A stretch of 64,000 bases of DNA from Proteromonas lacertae. Taxonomy: Eukaryota. The translations under genes and the position numbers were made by a program. Positions within the stretch are counted from its first letter, which is position 1, and each line of letters begins with the position of its first letter. This document shows positions 27,357-40,863 of this stretch, piece by piece. The notes beneath the pieces are model-generated. The model had not been told where the DNA came from, did no database searches, and was given only the letters and a program-made list of their open reading frames with translations. The stretch lies in contig NGBS01001167.1 in NCBI GenBank assembly GCA_002245135.1, forward strand, positions 124,001-188,000, in the 5' to 3' direction.

Positions 27357-28332
27357 ATGGAATCAAAGGATCCACTCTTTCAATTATCTCCAAATGATGT
27401 GATTACTATTTCATGTATTGAATATTATTTTAATTTGAAAAATACATAGTAAAAACATGTCTAGGAGAGTATAATCTCAAAAACATATCAGAAAAACCGG
27501 TATTTGTTATTATTTTATAATTAATAAAGATCATGTACAAAATTAGAACAAATAATGCAAACAGATTTAGAGTTATGCAATCAATTGGTGTTTTAGATGT
27601 AAATGAGACAAGAAAAATGAAGGGTATGTTTATAAAATGATTTATTCAATTTAGTCCAAATGCAAAACAAAGATCGTGAAGTTATTCTACAGTCAATGAA
27701 AGAAGGAACATTTGATGAAAAGTTGTATGATACATCCTAGTTAATATAATAATAATAGAGATCGTTTTATGATAGTAGCCGCGCCAATAGAGACTGAGTT
27801 TTATAACAACGTAAAAAAGAACAATTCAGAAGCAACAAAGGATGTATTAGCAAAAACATGGAATGAAAAGCATGATGAACAATATTCAATAAAAATACAG
27901 ACAAACTACATAACAGAAGGCGATATAGACTTAATGACAACAGTTCGAAGTTTAGATGAATCTACTACAACTGCTTCTTCAACTATAAGAAATGATAATA
28001 AAGTGAATTCAATGGAGTTATTAGAGATTCGTGAGAAATATGATAAGCTAGTAAGCTGGACAACAGAATTAATTTCACAGAAAGATGAATTATTGAAAAG
28101 ATGTGAACAACTAGAAGAGGAATTGAAACATTCTAAGAATGAGTATGAGAACATGACAGGAGAGAATGATAAGAAGGTAAATAATAAGGATAGTAAGAAT
28201 AGAAATGAATTAGACGATATTGACATACCACCTGATTCTAGTGATGGATTTTCACTATGTGCATTGATATTTGGTATTGTAATGTCATTTTTAATTGGTA
28301 TTGCTATTAACAGAACGTTAAAGTTGAATTAA
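27357..28332 (+). CDS. VAP-family protein (MSP domain, coiled coil, C-terminal TM)
   Basis: LKNISEKP...YKIRTNNANRFRV resembles the MSP signature FKVKTT.PKRY.V; DRFMI; coiled coil; tail anchor. Confidence 0.8.
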
Positions 28333-28413
28333 TATAATTATTTATCTTAATTACACATATATATATTTTTTTGTTTGGTACATAAAAAAATAAACAAAAT
28401 TATTTGAAGAGAA

Positions 28414-29688
28414 TTATTTATCTTCACCTTTAATCAAATCCAACATACTTTTATAGAATTCTGGATTACTTGTTTTCAAATGTTTATTTGCAATATGCAA
28501 TCTACCTATATCTGCCTTTCTTTTAGGTCTTTTCCTTTCTTTAACAACTGTTGTCTTTGTTTCATTTTTATTATTCAATTTTTCACCAATTATTTTTAAA
28601 TCTATATATAAAATAATAATAATAATATATTTAATTACTATTTCTTCTCATTTCTTCTTCAATACGAGTATAAGTCATATTTCCAGTCTCTAATTTAAAC
28701 CACATATCTCTTATATCATTTGTTAATCCCTCTTTAAATACAACTATTCCTTTTTCACTATTTCCTTCATATGGTCGATCTAATGGTAGTCTTTTATTTG
28801 AATATTCATATCTATATTCTACTCGAACATTGGCTATTTTACTACTCATTTTTGTACCTTCAGATTTGGCTCTATTTATAAAAAATAAATAAAATATATA
28901 TATTTATAATGTTTTACTTTTCTTTTTCTTGTAAAGTTTTATTGAGATCTGTAATAGTTGATAACGAATATAATTTTTTATTAGTGGATGTTGTATCAGC
29001 ATTAACTCTGTACATTTTATTGTTAATATAAATTGCATCTCCTCTTCTTATTTCATCTTGCAAATCTACTGTTGTTTCAATAAAAATATCACCTTTCTTT
29101 ACATTTACTGTACCTGATAGTTCTGTTTGGAAATGACTACCTCTATTGAATATTAAGGATGATTTATCGTTCTCTGCTTTTCGTAGATGTATTACATCAC
29201 CTTTATCTATTAAAGATTTTAAATCTCTTTCACATTCTCGATATCTATATACATTCATTTATAATAAGTGAATTATTAATACGATTCAATCACTTCACTA
29301 TATTCTAAACCACCTTTTTCTGCTTCTATTAACTCATTTATTTCTGTTTTGTTTGAAACAGCGAATTTTGACTATTATTTTTTGAATATTTATGTATAAA
29401 TATATACATTATATTTCATATTATTCCCATCAGTTAATACCCTTGGACTAGAGAATATCGCATTTCGGAATTCTTCTACATTATCAACATTAATATTTGC
29501 ATAAGCTATTAATTCATCGAATGAAACTACACTGCCATTCCTTTTCAGATATTCATAGGCTTTATGTAGAGCCTGTTGTGTGCTTTGTCTGATATTATCA
29601 GCAGCTACTTTAATTCCTATGAATAATACATTCAACATATAATAATACTTTTATTCGCACCGTATGCTTCATCTTGCCAATTAATCAT
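28414..29688 (-). CDS. Transcription initiation factor TFIIE beta subunit with a large insertion
   Basis: Winged-helix region ...IESYRECERDLKSLIDKGDVI...LIFNR, then DIRDMW...IEEEMRR and basic tail ending ANKHL, as in TFIIE-beta/Tfa2. Confidence 0.7.
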
Positions 29689-29737
29689 AAATTTTGTCCG
29701 TTTCAATAATTTTAAATTACATTTTTGATAAGTAAAG

Positions 29738-30791
29738 ATGGACTCCGAACAGTTTGATTCAGTATTATTAGGAATAGCTCAGTATTATAAACTCATTCAT
29801 CTGCTATTATAGGCAACATAATGGTATTGAACCACTTATGAATACTTTTTTTTCATTTTTAAGAAGAAAAACCGACTTCTTCACAGGAGCTGATGAAAAG
29901 ACAATTTCTGACTTAGTAATGAAAGTGATTAAGAAACACAGCAACATCGCAAAAGAAAGTAGGATTCAGATTGAAAAAGAAAGAGCTATCCGTCAAGAGA
30001 AGGAGAAAGTATTGTTTTATATAGATTGATCTATCTAGGAAAGAATAGCAAGAGAAAATGCGTTAAAAGAGAAAGCTAAGAAAGAAGAACCAAGAGTAAT
30101 AGAGTTAGATGAAAATGACCAACCAATACAACCAGAAAAAGACTCAGATTCAGAAAAGGAAGAAAAACCAGAAGGAGAAGAAGGTGAAAAGAAAGAAAAG
30201 GGATTAAAACGTATAAATATTTATTTATCTATCTATCTATATAGCTAACAGTGGTAATGGTTTAACATGTTCAAAATACAAGTGGGTTCAATCCTTAAAG
30301 GAAGTAACATTATCAATAAGACTCTCATTAAGCACTAGAGTGAAAGATGTAATTTGTGAAATAAAACCTCAACATATTAAAGTAGGAATTAAAGGTCAAG
30401 AACCTATTATTGATAATAAATTACCAGGTCGTGTATTAGTCGATGAATCAGTGTGGGCATTAGATGAAGAAGGTGAGTTTAAAGTGTTGAGTGTTGAATT
30501 ATTGAAAGAGAATCAATCAGAGTGGTGGAATAGAATTGCAGATGGTGAACCAGTTATTAATACATCGAAAGTTGAACCTGAAAATAGTAAGTTAAGTGAC
30601 TTAGATGGAGAAATGAGAAGTACTGTTGAGAAGATGATGGTATATTTATATATTTATATTGAATTTAGTTTGATCAACAACAAAAAGCTGCTGGATTACC
30701 TACTAGTGATGAAATGAAGAAACAAGAGATGTTGAAGAAGTTCATGGCTGCTCATCCTGAAATGGACTTTTCTAAAGCAAAAATAAATTAA
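29738..30791 (+). CDS. NUDC: Nuclear migration protein NudC (CS/p23 domain)
   Basis: [54 protein letters not shown]. Confidence 0.95.
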
Positions 30792-31562
30792 AAACTTATT
30801 GTTTTTATAAATTTTGTTGTATAGGATGAATAAAATAAAAATATAAATTTGTGAAACGAATATATTCAAAATATTCAAAATAGAATTTAAGTAGTAAAAC
30901 ATGGAAGCTAATGGACTTATAAATCAAATAATCAATGCTTATAAATCATTAATTCCAGATTAAAGAATAATCGATATTAAACAAGTACATCAAAAATAAC
31001 AATAGAATGAAAATACATTTTGACATGTAATAGAAATATATTACAAGAAAATTCTTTTTTTGCAATGGATATTAACACCATTAAGTATCATGAGGAAGTA
31101 TTATAGAAATATCTTTTTGAATATGGAAGGGAGGGGAAAATATGAAAGAAAATGTGATAGAATGAATAATGATATGAAAGATTCAAAATAGAAATCTAAA
31201 ATGATATATGATTTTTATAAAGATGATGTATTTTTTAGAAAAGATAAGCTAAATCAAAAGTCCATATCATTATAATTATATAAATAAAATAGTTTGTTTT
31301 AATTTATGAAGATAATGAAGTATATAAACAGAAATAGAATTATAAATTAGATGAAATAAGAATTAATGATAAGAATCTTTATATTTACATTTGTAACTGT
31401 AGCAGTTTCAGTATGTGCTGTTGTATATGTTAAAGACAACAAGAGTGATTTAATTGACGACTTTTGTTCTATAGTGTCTAAATTGTATAAATAAAATTAA
31501 ATATTATAACTATTGACTGTTTGTTGTAATTTTTAAATTTGAACTGACTTGATTTAACAGAA

Positions 31563-32553
31563 ATGTCATTTTTGAAATGGAAAGAATTGATATTCCCATC
31601 ACAGCAATTATTAAATGTTGAAAAAACTGTTTTTTCGTATAAATATACTATACTAGTGATTTATAGAGGTCAATGTTTCAATTGGAGTAAAAATAATGAC
31701 GAAGGAGTAATTGGAGTAATTGGATCAAATGCAGTAGCGATAAAAGCAGAGACCAACAAATCTTTTCAATATTGTTGTCTTAATAACGCTTCTCTTGATT
31801 TAGAATCAGAATTGGTAAAATATTTCAGTTTAGATGTAAATATAAATGAAGAATGTAAAAATTGGTCAAAAGAGCTAAAATCTAAATCAAGTTTACAAAT
31901 TAATAAGCTGGATATCCGAATAATGAATCAAGACTTTCATGAATGTTTATTTTCATATATATGCAGCTCGAATAATAATATAAAAAGGATAACACAAGTA
32001 TAAAATCATATTTTAATGATATTAGTTAATTAATTCACTTCGAGAGAATTATGGAAGTTATATAATGACATATAATGACAAAAAGTATTACACATTTCCA
32101 TCATTAGAACAATTATACGAAATAAAAGAAGAAGAATACAATAAAATGGGTTTTGGTTATCGAAGTAAATATTTTCTCAGTTCATTGAAATATATCAAAG
32201 AAAATGGAGGAAATGAATATTATAATAATATAAAGAATATAAAAGATGATAAAAAGAAAGTGAAAGAATTGTTATTAGAGTTAAATGGAGTGGGAAATAA
32301 AGTAGCTGATTGTGTGATGTTATATTCTTTAAGATATTATAATATAGTTCCAATTGATACTCATATGTATCAAATAGCTCAACGAGATTATGGTTATAAA
32401 AATTCAAATAAATCATTAACACCAAGTAATTATGATGAAGTTCAAGAATTATATGAAGAATTATTTGGTAAATATGCAGGATGGGTTCAACTGCTATTAT
32501 TTCAAAATGAAATTTCATCAACAACAAAAGCAATAAAAAGAAAACGAAAGTAA
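31563..32553 (+). CDS. OGG1: 8-oxoguanine DNA glycosylase
   Basis: GQCFNW, ICSSNNNIKRI, GFGYRS, HhH-GPD GVGNKVADC...VPIDTH, YAGWVQ. Confidence 0.93.
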
Positions 32554-32584
32554 ATCTTAATTTACTATTTAAATAAAATTGTTA

Positions 32585-33228
32585 TTATTTTGAAAGTTCA
32601 TCTGGCAAATTTCCATTTATTATACCACTCTCACTCACACCTCTCTCAATAACATTAATATGAATATATACAGTTTCAGTAGGCTCTGTTGATAAATCAG
32701 GCCTACTTTCACTGGAATATATTAGAGCTGGATCGACTAGTTTTGGATAACCTCCAACAAAGAAACACTTAAACTGATCAAACCAATCACCTAGCGGTCT
32801 ATATAAATGACATTCCATATCATGAGACCCAGGTATTACAGGCATAGGAATAACACCATAACCAAGAATCTCCTTTCTTCCATAAGTATCTTCATAAACA
32901 ACCTATATGAATAAATAAATATTTGCAATACTGTCATTCCCAGTTTTGGCCATCCAATTATATCTGTCATATTGTATTGTATATCGATTAACACATTCCA
33001 GTAAGATCTTCCATCCAACTATGAATATTTAATTATAATATTATACACCAGGTTTTGATAAATGCGAAACACCATAGTTTTCTCCCTTTATTATATCCCA
33101 AGTGGTATCACCACATTTAAACTCCCAATAACACCTTAAACTATGACTTTCTGATGAGCAGCCAACAATTTCACCAACGAAATACACTATTGGTCATTAG
33201 ATTATGATTAAATAATACCTTCAGGCAT
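32585..33228 (-). CDS. B9D2: B9 domain-containing protein 2 (ciliary transition-zone MKS module)
   Basis: Spliced MPEVYFVGEIVG...GWPKL...D.YGR.E.LGYG...PG.H...C.LYRPLGDW...FFVGG.P.L, colinear with B9D2. Confidence 0.88.
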
Positions 33229-33269
33229 TCAAACAGGTTTGAAGTTTAAAAAGGCGCCAAATAGAAAAT

Positions 33270-34338
33270 ATGAAAAAAACAATATTAGAACCATGCATTG
33301 TGGGAAAAGATAATGTATTATATGATGCTGTCATTAAATTGGAAGATAAAAATGTATAAAACCACTTATATAAACGAATATAGATGATGTTAGGAAGAGG
33401 GAAAGATTGTAAATCTAAAATTATATCATCGTGTGAGAGACCACCAAAAGTCAGTAGGTATTTTACTCAGAATGTTATAATTAGACGACATGCTGTTATA
33501 AACTGTGAGAATGATAAATATTACATATGTGATAATATGAACACGCTGGGAGTATTTGTAAACGGTGATAAGATTGATAAAGAGAAATATGTTCAATTGA
33601 AGTATAAATAACATTCTATATGCATTTTTATAGAGAAAATGACATATTGACATTTGGTACATTGCCGTATGAAGGTGGCATTGCATATAAGTTCAAACAG
33701 TATGATGTTGGTGATGAAGAAAATCCACATATAAACAAAAAACTGAAAATAGATCAATCTACATCAGTGAACGATACAGATTTAAACACATCAATTTCAT
33801 TTAAAAATTGGAAAGAAAATAATCAATCTACAGATAAGTATACGTAAATTATTTACATATATAGAATTAAGCTATTTGATGATATAAAACAACAACTTAC
33901 ATGTGCTTTATGTCATAAAATGTTCATATTACCAACAACCTGTAATTGCACGCATACTTTTTGGTATATTTACAAATTCTATATAATTGTAGTAAATATT
34001 GTTTATTAAATTACTATAAAAGTAATGATGATAGTAAATGTCCAATATGTAGTGAGGTATTATCAACTCCTTTTCACCCTTCTCACGATCTTGAGGTTAT
34101 AAGTAATATCGCATTGAAATCTTTAAATGATTTAGAACAAATTAAGTATTTTGAAAGATTAAAGCAGTATGATGTTGAACTATCAAAGATGGGATATTCA
34201 ACTGAGAATATGAATAAATTGAGTGAAGAAGAAGAAAAAATAGATAGTGATAGTAAAGAAGAAGATGATACTAATGATAATGATGGATATGAATCAAGTG
34301 CTTCTGTTGATTCTACATTGTTTGATGAAAATGATTAG
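33270..34338 (+). CDS. FHA + RING E3 ligase (CHFR/RNF8-like)
   Basis: FHA LGR...SR.HA...N.LGVFVNG...L.E.D.L.FG; RING CALCHK...C.CTHTF...C...CPIC; acidic tail. Confidence 0.85.
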
Positions 34339-34413
34339 TTTACATGTTATTTATTAATAATTTTTATAATTATACACATATTTTATAACAAGAAAAAAAA
34401 AAAAACATCTTAT

Positions 34414-34872
34414 CTACTCTTCGAATTTGCCAAGAATATCTTGATCATAATAAATCATAAACTCTTCTTTAGTTTCTTGGTTAGCTACATCCAATGCAGT
34501 TCCACCATATGATGGAAGAAGAATTCTAAGATAAAATAGAGTAAATATTCAATACACATCACCAACTTTGCAATTCATTGGTTCTCTTTCTCCTTTATCA
34601 TTAATTCTACCTGGACCTACAGAAAGAACCTAATAAATAAGAATCATAATGAATGTGGTATATACTTGTCCTCTGTTACCTTTATCAACTACTGTACTTG
34701 GTAATAATATACCTCCAGCTGTCTATAAAACAAATTATATAAACAAATATGAATACTTTAGCTTGTGGTATAATTCTTTTGACTAAAATACGATCAGCAA
34801 GTGGAATAAATGTTTTAGTTATCTTATTCTATTCAATTATATTGATTGATATGAAAATTAATGCAATACCAT
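34414..34872 (-). CDS. 10-kDa chaperonin Cpn10/GroES
   Basis: FIPLADRILV...KTAGGILLP...VLSVGPG...KVGD.ILLPSYGG...QDILG across five small exons. Confidence 0.93.
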
Positions 34873-35149
34873 TTACTAATGATGAGAAAATGAAGAGTGA
34901 AACTTCTAGAAGAAATTATGAAACGACTATATTTCAAAATAATTTTGATTCTTTTATTTTGTGAGAAATCCTCTTCAATAATCATGATAAATAATCAAGA
35001 ATATCTGTATGTATATGAATAAAAATATTTAAACTTTATATTCTTTTATTCAATAATAAAGACATTAGAAACTACACAAATAAGAATATGAAATGAAATT
35101 TTATGTATCTTTTACTTAAATCGATTTTAATCTATCCAATCACAACTTT

Positions 35150-37264
35150 TTATTCGTAGTGAGAAAAAGATATTAATTCTACTTGGCAACCATGAGGACC
35201 TGGTTCTACACAAGTAAATAACGGATAAGGTAAATCTTTAACAAGTAAAGCAGGAGATGAATTATTATGACTTATCCAAAATTCTCTTTTATTCATATCA
35301 ACTATCACTTCATAAATTGAACCATCTCCATGATTTTTGAAATTTGGATTTTTATTAACAACTCTTCCAATATGACAATAATCATTAATATCTTGACTTT
35401 TACCACCTTTTGCCCAATAACGACAAGAATTTTTCTTATAACCATATATTGCTGTTGTTATTCTCAACCTAAGTGAATTATATACTGATCCATTTCTATA
35501 AAACTTATATTTAAAATGGTAAATTCCTTCTTCCATCTTCAAATCTATAAAACACTGGTAATATCGAGATCGTTGTGTATTATTAATAATTGTTTTACCA
35601 TCATCGCTTACTCCAACATTTTCATTCTTATATTTTTCAGAAAAATTAATATCTTTATGAGCAAATGACAATTTATATACCATTTTATTTATACTATTCT
35701 CGCATTCAACTGTGTAATTTCTATTAAATTCTTTCTTCTTTATTTTACCTCTTATTTCTCCTGTTAAAGGATTTAAACTGATGTTTTTGGGCAATTTTGG
35801 GTTAATTAAAAATTTACATTTAAATCCATCATTTTCAGGTTTTATAGTGAAACTTCCACATACTTTGACAACTGAAGATGGATAAGAGAAAAATGTTATT
35901 CTTGGAATAAATTGCGAAAGTATGACTTTATCTCTTATTATATTTATCATATTCTTATAATCTTTCTCTGATATATTTTGAGCTTTTATAAAATCTATTA
36001 TAAGATTTTTCAATTCATTTGATAAATGACAACTATAATTCAATATTTGAAATAATATTTCAATTCCACTTAAATAATTGATTATTGTTATAATTTCTTC
36101 ATCTCTTATAAACATACATAAACATTTATATATTCTTTCATAGGGATTATTTTTATATTCATTTAATAATACAAAAATAATATCAGATATTACACCTTTA
36201 TCTAATTCATTACTTTCATTTATATTTTTCATTCCACTATCAAGAATGATCATCATTCCTATCTCTTTCATTTTTATATCTTCATGTTTTAATAGTATCA
36301 TCGTTATTTCTTTAATTCCATATTTCTCTAACACTTCTATATCTCTTTCTTCAATCAATATTCTCTCTTGTTCGACATAATATTTACTAATTATATCTTC
36401 TATTTCTTTTTCTTTGATGGTTTCCAATTTGATATATACATGATTCTTACTATCTTTTTCCTTTCTGCATAATTCATTAAAAATATTAATATTGTTATTG
36501 ATAAAACGAACTTCATTTTCTTTTAGTTGTAACATATCTATCTTTTCGAAATTAATTGTGTTAGTTATTATTTTGGCATATTCATTTTCTAATTCTTTTC
36601 TTTCCTTTTTTCTTCTTTTTTCTTTTTTATTTCATTTTCATATTTCTTAAACAATGCATTAAATAACCAATTCTCATTGTTCTTTACATATTTCATTTCT
36701 TTTAGTATAATTTTTATATCATTCAATTCTAATTCATATATAAATTCTTCATTTAATATCTTATATCCATTATTCTTTACATATACATTTGCCGTAATTG
36801 TTATTTCTTTCATTATATTATTGTTTCTGTTTTCATATAGATTTATCAATCTTATTAATTTCGCTACTACATCTTCATTTAAATGATGTTTAATAAAACT
36901 TAAACATATTGGAATTATTCTATTTTCATCGTAATAAATACACATTGATAGTATTTCACATGCATTATTCACATTTAAGTTCATGCATCCACCACTATAA
37001 TATTTTTCTAACTCTAATAATGATTCTATTGAGCATTCTTCAAATAATTCAAGTGTTTTACCATTTTCGCTATTTACTATTAATTCTTTGAATTTAGGGT
37101 TTGAAGCCATGAAAACGGCCTTTGAGCAAACAATTTCTTCTCCTGCGACATATACTCTTAAATCTCCAAAACCTTTGCTTGCAAATAATCTACCAAGTCT
37201 ATATTATAAATATTCTATAGATTTAATACCCATTTTCATTGAGGTCTGAATTACATACTTTCAT
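35150..37264 (-). CDS. BTB/POZ(-BACK) protein with putative Ig module and SPRY-like C-terminus
   Basis: GDLRVYVAGEEIVCSKAVFMASNPKF, YYSG, NVNNACEIL; LPKNISLNPLTGEIRG; beta-rich end (VDMNKREFWISHN). One frameshift in an A-run near 36600. Confidence 0.7.
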
Positions 37265-37418
37265 TTCTGCAATTGAATTAATGACTAATTATTGACAATG
37301 TCAATGTCATAGAATATTTAAATATTTATTTTGAAATATAACATTATATGAAAATTATATAATCTCTAGTATGATATTTGTAAAAATAGTAATAAACAAA
37401 ATTATAACGATTATTCTT

Positions 37419-38643
37419 TTACCAACCACCACTAGCACCACAACAACCTCCTCCACCACAACTCCCACCACCACAACTTCCACCACCACCTACATATCCT
37501 CTTCCTCTATTATTAGAATTATTTGTTTCATATATTATAATAATATCATCTTTAAAATCATTACTACGCCATTTCTTTATTGTTGATTGATTTATAGAAT
37601 TTGGATAAATTGTATTCAAACTACATAATCTAAAGTATATTTCTGAATTTATTTTATCAGCTGCCTCTGATGTTGAGTTGTTATTATCACTGTGATTATC
37701 TTCATTAGCAAATGCATCACTTCTGCATATTGGACAATTTCTTATTCCATTTCCATTATATTTATTAAGGCATTTTTCACAATATTTATGTTGACATGAT
37801 AATATAATCATATTCTGTTTTCCATCAAATTCTTTTAAACAAATTGGACAGGAATTACATTTATAACTCTCATGGTTTTCTTTATACGTTTTGATTTGAT
37901 TTATCGATTTTAATATTTCATCAGTATGTTCTTTCCTACATAATAATATAAATGCTTATACCTCTTCTGTTTATTATAACATAGAAAAACAAATATTATA
38001 CAACATATAAATATTGTTACTAAATCTCCTATTTTTGATTCTTTATTAGAGTAATAATTCTTCATTATTTCATCTACACTCTATTACTATAAACTATATG
38101 CAATTATACATTTAAGAATATTAATATTGCTTTATGATAGTTGTCATTCCTCAATTCTTCTTTCATTCTTTCCAAAATTCCTTCGGCTAATTTATCTGTT
38201 ATTTTATTTTTTATATTTGCACCAGTTACTATATGCATTTTCCTATATTTTATTGATAAAAATAATAATATTCCACTGTCACAATATCTACTTCCAACGC
38301 CCCATGAATAGTAAATATTTTCAGCTTTTTCTCTAATTGATTTACTATCTGCATATGATTCTAATATAGCTACTCCAATTTGAATATTTCGACCATTCAT
38401 TTCACATTTTATTCTATATTGATCTTGAATTTTGTAAATATATGACATTTCTCTATCAATATTATTATTATATTAATACTCACTTAGTTGCTCATGTGTT
38501 ATGTATTTATGCGGGTCACAGATTGAACCAAACACTAAATTGTCGTAATTACCACACTGCTGAGGTTTTTTTTTGGGATTCGGTATATCTTCACTTATAC
38601 AACAAGATATAAACCATAAAAGGACAATTGATGAATATTTCAT
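37419..38643 (-). CDS. Signal peptide + TPM + TM + RING protein, paralog 2
   Basis: IPNPKKKPQQCG...SICDPHKY, YSWGVG..CDSGILLFLS, CPICLKEF...CQHKYCEKC...CPICR, Gly/Cys tail ending GASGGW. Confidence 0.85.
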
Positions 38644-38963
38644 ATTTAATAATAACAATACAGTTAGACAATGTATAAATGTATTATTTAAACACTTTTA
38701 TTTCAGAAATGTTTTCATTTGAATTATTTGTATACCAAATTCGATCATAAATAAAAGTATTAAAAATAACTGACTATTCTGAAACAACAAAATTGATAAT
38801 ATATTTTGAAAAGACTAATCTGGCATAAAATTGATAACATTATCAACGATGTGATAATTATCAATTCTCATTTCTCTTTATAGCCTTTCTGTTTCATCAT
38901 ATATATGTTTCAAAATAATGAGTCGTTTAAAATGTAACGAATATAATTTAATATTTTTGAGAA

Positions 38964-40795
38964 ATGAATAGAAAAAACATAAATAAAGAAGAATTAACAC
39001 AAAGCATATATCAAATGAAGTGTGAAGTATAAATGCTATAGATATATGTAATAGGCAAAAGCACTAGAGAATAAAGGTAATTATAAAGAAGCAGTGATTA
39101 TATACTCAAAGATTTGTTCAGTGTTGATGAATTATACAAAGAGTATAACTATAATATTTAGAAGAATAGATCTTCCTGAAAATTCCCCAGAAAGAAATGA
39201 AAAGTTGAATCTAATAAATGGATATGTAACATATGCAGAAAAAATAAAGAACATAAAACAACAGAAGAGAGTAATACCAACAAATGAATTTGAGCAGAAA
39301 ATACTTCAGGAATTAGTAGTAAACAATCCCAATGTTCCATTCTCATCTATTTCAGGTTTAGAAACAGCCAAATCAGCATTGAATGAAGCAGTAATATTAC
39401 CATCAAAAAGACCAGATTTATTTACTGGATTAAGAAAACCTCCAAATGGAATATTATTATTTGGACCTCCAGGAACAGGTAAGACATTATTAGCGAAGGC
39501 AGTAGCAACAGAAAGTGATGCTACATTTTTTAGTGTAAGTGCTTCAAGTTTAACATCGAAATGGATGGGTGAAAGTGAAAAGTTAATAAAAGCCTTATTT
39601 GAATTAGGAAGAAAAATGAGTCCTTCAGTAATATTCATAGATGAAATTGATTCATTATTGACATCAAGAAAAGATGGTGAAAATGAATCAAGTCGAAGAT
39701 TGAAAACTGAATTTATGGTTCAAATGGATGGATTAAATAATGATAATTCTAATTCTAATGAAATAGAGAATCATTTATTAGTAATGGGAGCAACGAATAT
39801 ACCATGGGAATTAGATGATGCAGTCTTACGAAGATTTAGTAAAAGAATATTAGTTCCATTACCAGATAATAAATGTCGAAATAATTTAATACATAATTTA
39901 TTGAAGAATGAAAAATATAAAATAAGTGATGGAGAATTTAAAGTTGTATATTTTTATTGTTATATTATTATTTTATATTAATAGTTGGTTGATGAAACAT
40001 CAGGTTATTCTTGTAGTGATTTAACTGCATTATGTAGAGAAGCTGCCTTTATACCTGTATATATTGTTATATTAATAGTCTGTATGATATATATTGAATG
40101 AATAGATAAGAAATAAAGATGTGTCAAAGATTTTACCAGAAAATATACCTCCAATTACATTTGAAGATTTTAGATTAGCATTAACAACAGTATGATATGA
40201 TTTATAATATTTAATGTTTTTATTTCTATAGATTCGTCCAAGTCTGAATGATTCTACTTTAAATAAATTTTATGAATGGAATAACACACATGGAGTTGTA
40301 GAAAATAAAAGAAATAATGATAATAATAACAAAAAACCACCTTCTCCTCCTACATCTAACAATAATAATCCAAACTTTCCACCACCAAAAGAAAATGGAA
40401 TATTTTCATTTATTAAAAGTGTTTTTAAACCATTAAATAATGATAAACCTTTACCACCACAGCCGCCACTACCACCACCACAACAGCAACAACAACAGCC
40501 AGTTCAACAAATACAGTCTTTATCTTCTTCATTACCATCAAATCTTCAATATCAAAATCCTCCATACTATAATCAACCAATATCACCTTCATTTCCTTCA
40601 GCGCCATCATTATCATCTTCATTACCGTCTAATTTACACCAATCCTATCCATCACTTCCTCTACCTTCATCAATACCACTTCAACCAAATCAAATGAATA
40701 GATCAACTTCACTAAATGTTATAAACAATCCTCCTTCATATCAAAATCTGAATCAGTCATGTACTTTATACCCTAATAATAGTGCTCAATATTAA
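38964..40795 (+). CDS. Spastin-family AAA ATPase paralog 2 with Pro/Ser/Gln-rich C-terminal extension
   Basis: AAA core identical to paralog 1; last exon 40232-40795 is open for 188 codons and low-complexity. Confidence 0.9.
39304..40155. repeat. Inverted repeat arm B, 852 bp
   Basis: Reverse complement of 17731-18582. Confidence 0.95.
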
Positions 40796-40863
40796 AATCA
40801 GCAAAACCCAAATAAATAAACATTAATACAAAAATTAATAATATCCATTATAATAATTATTGT

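Noticed and set aside
30901..31490. Small gene with a possible C-terminal TM helix
   Set aside because: An early in-frame TAA at 30961 and unclear exon structure prevent a supported model.
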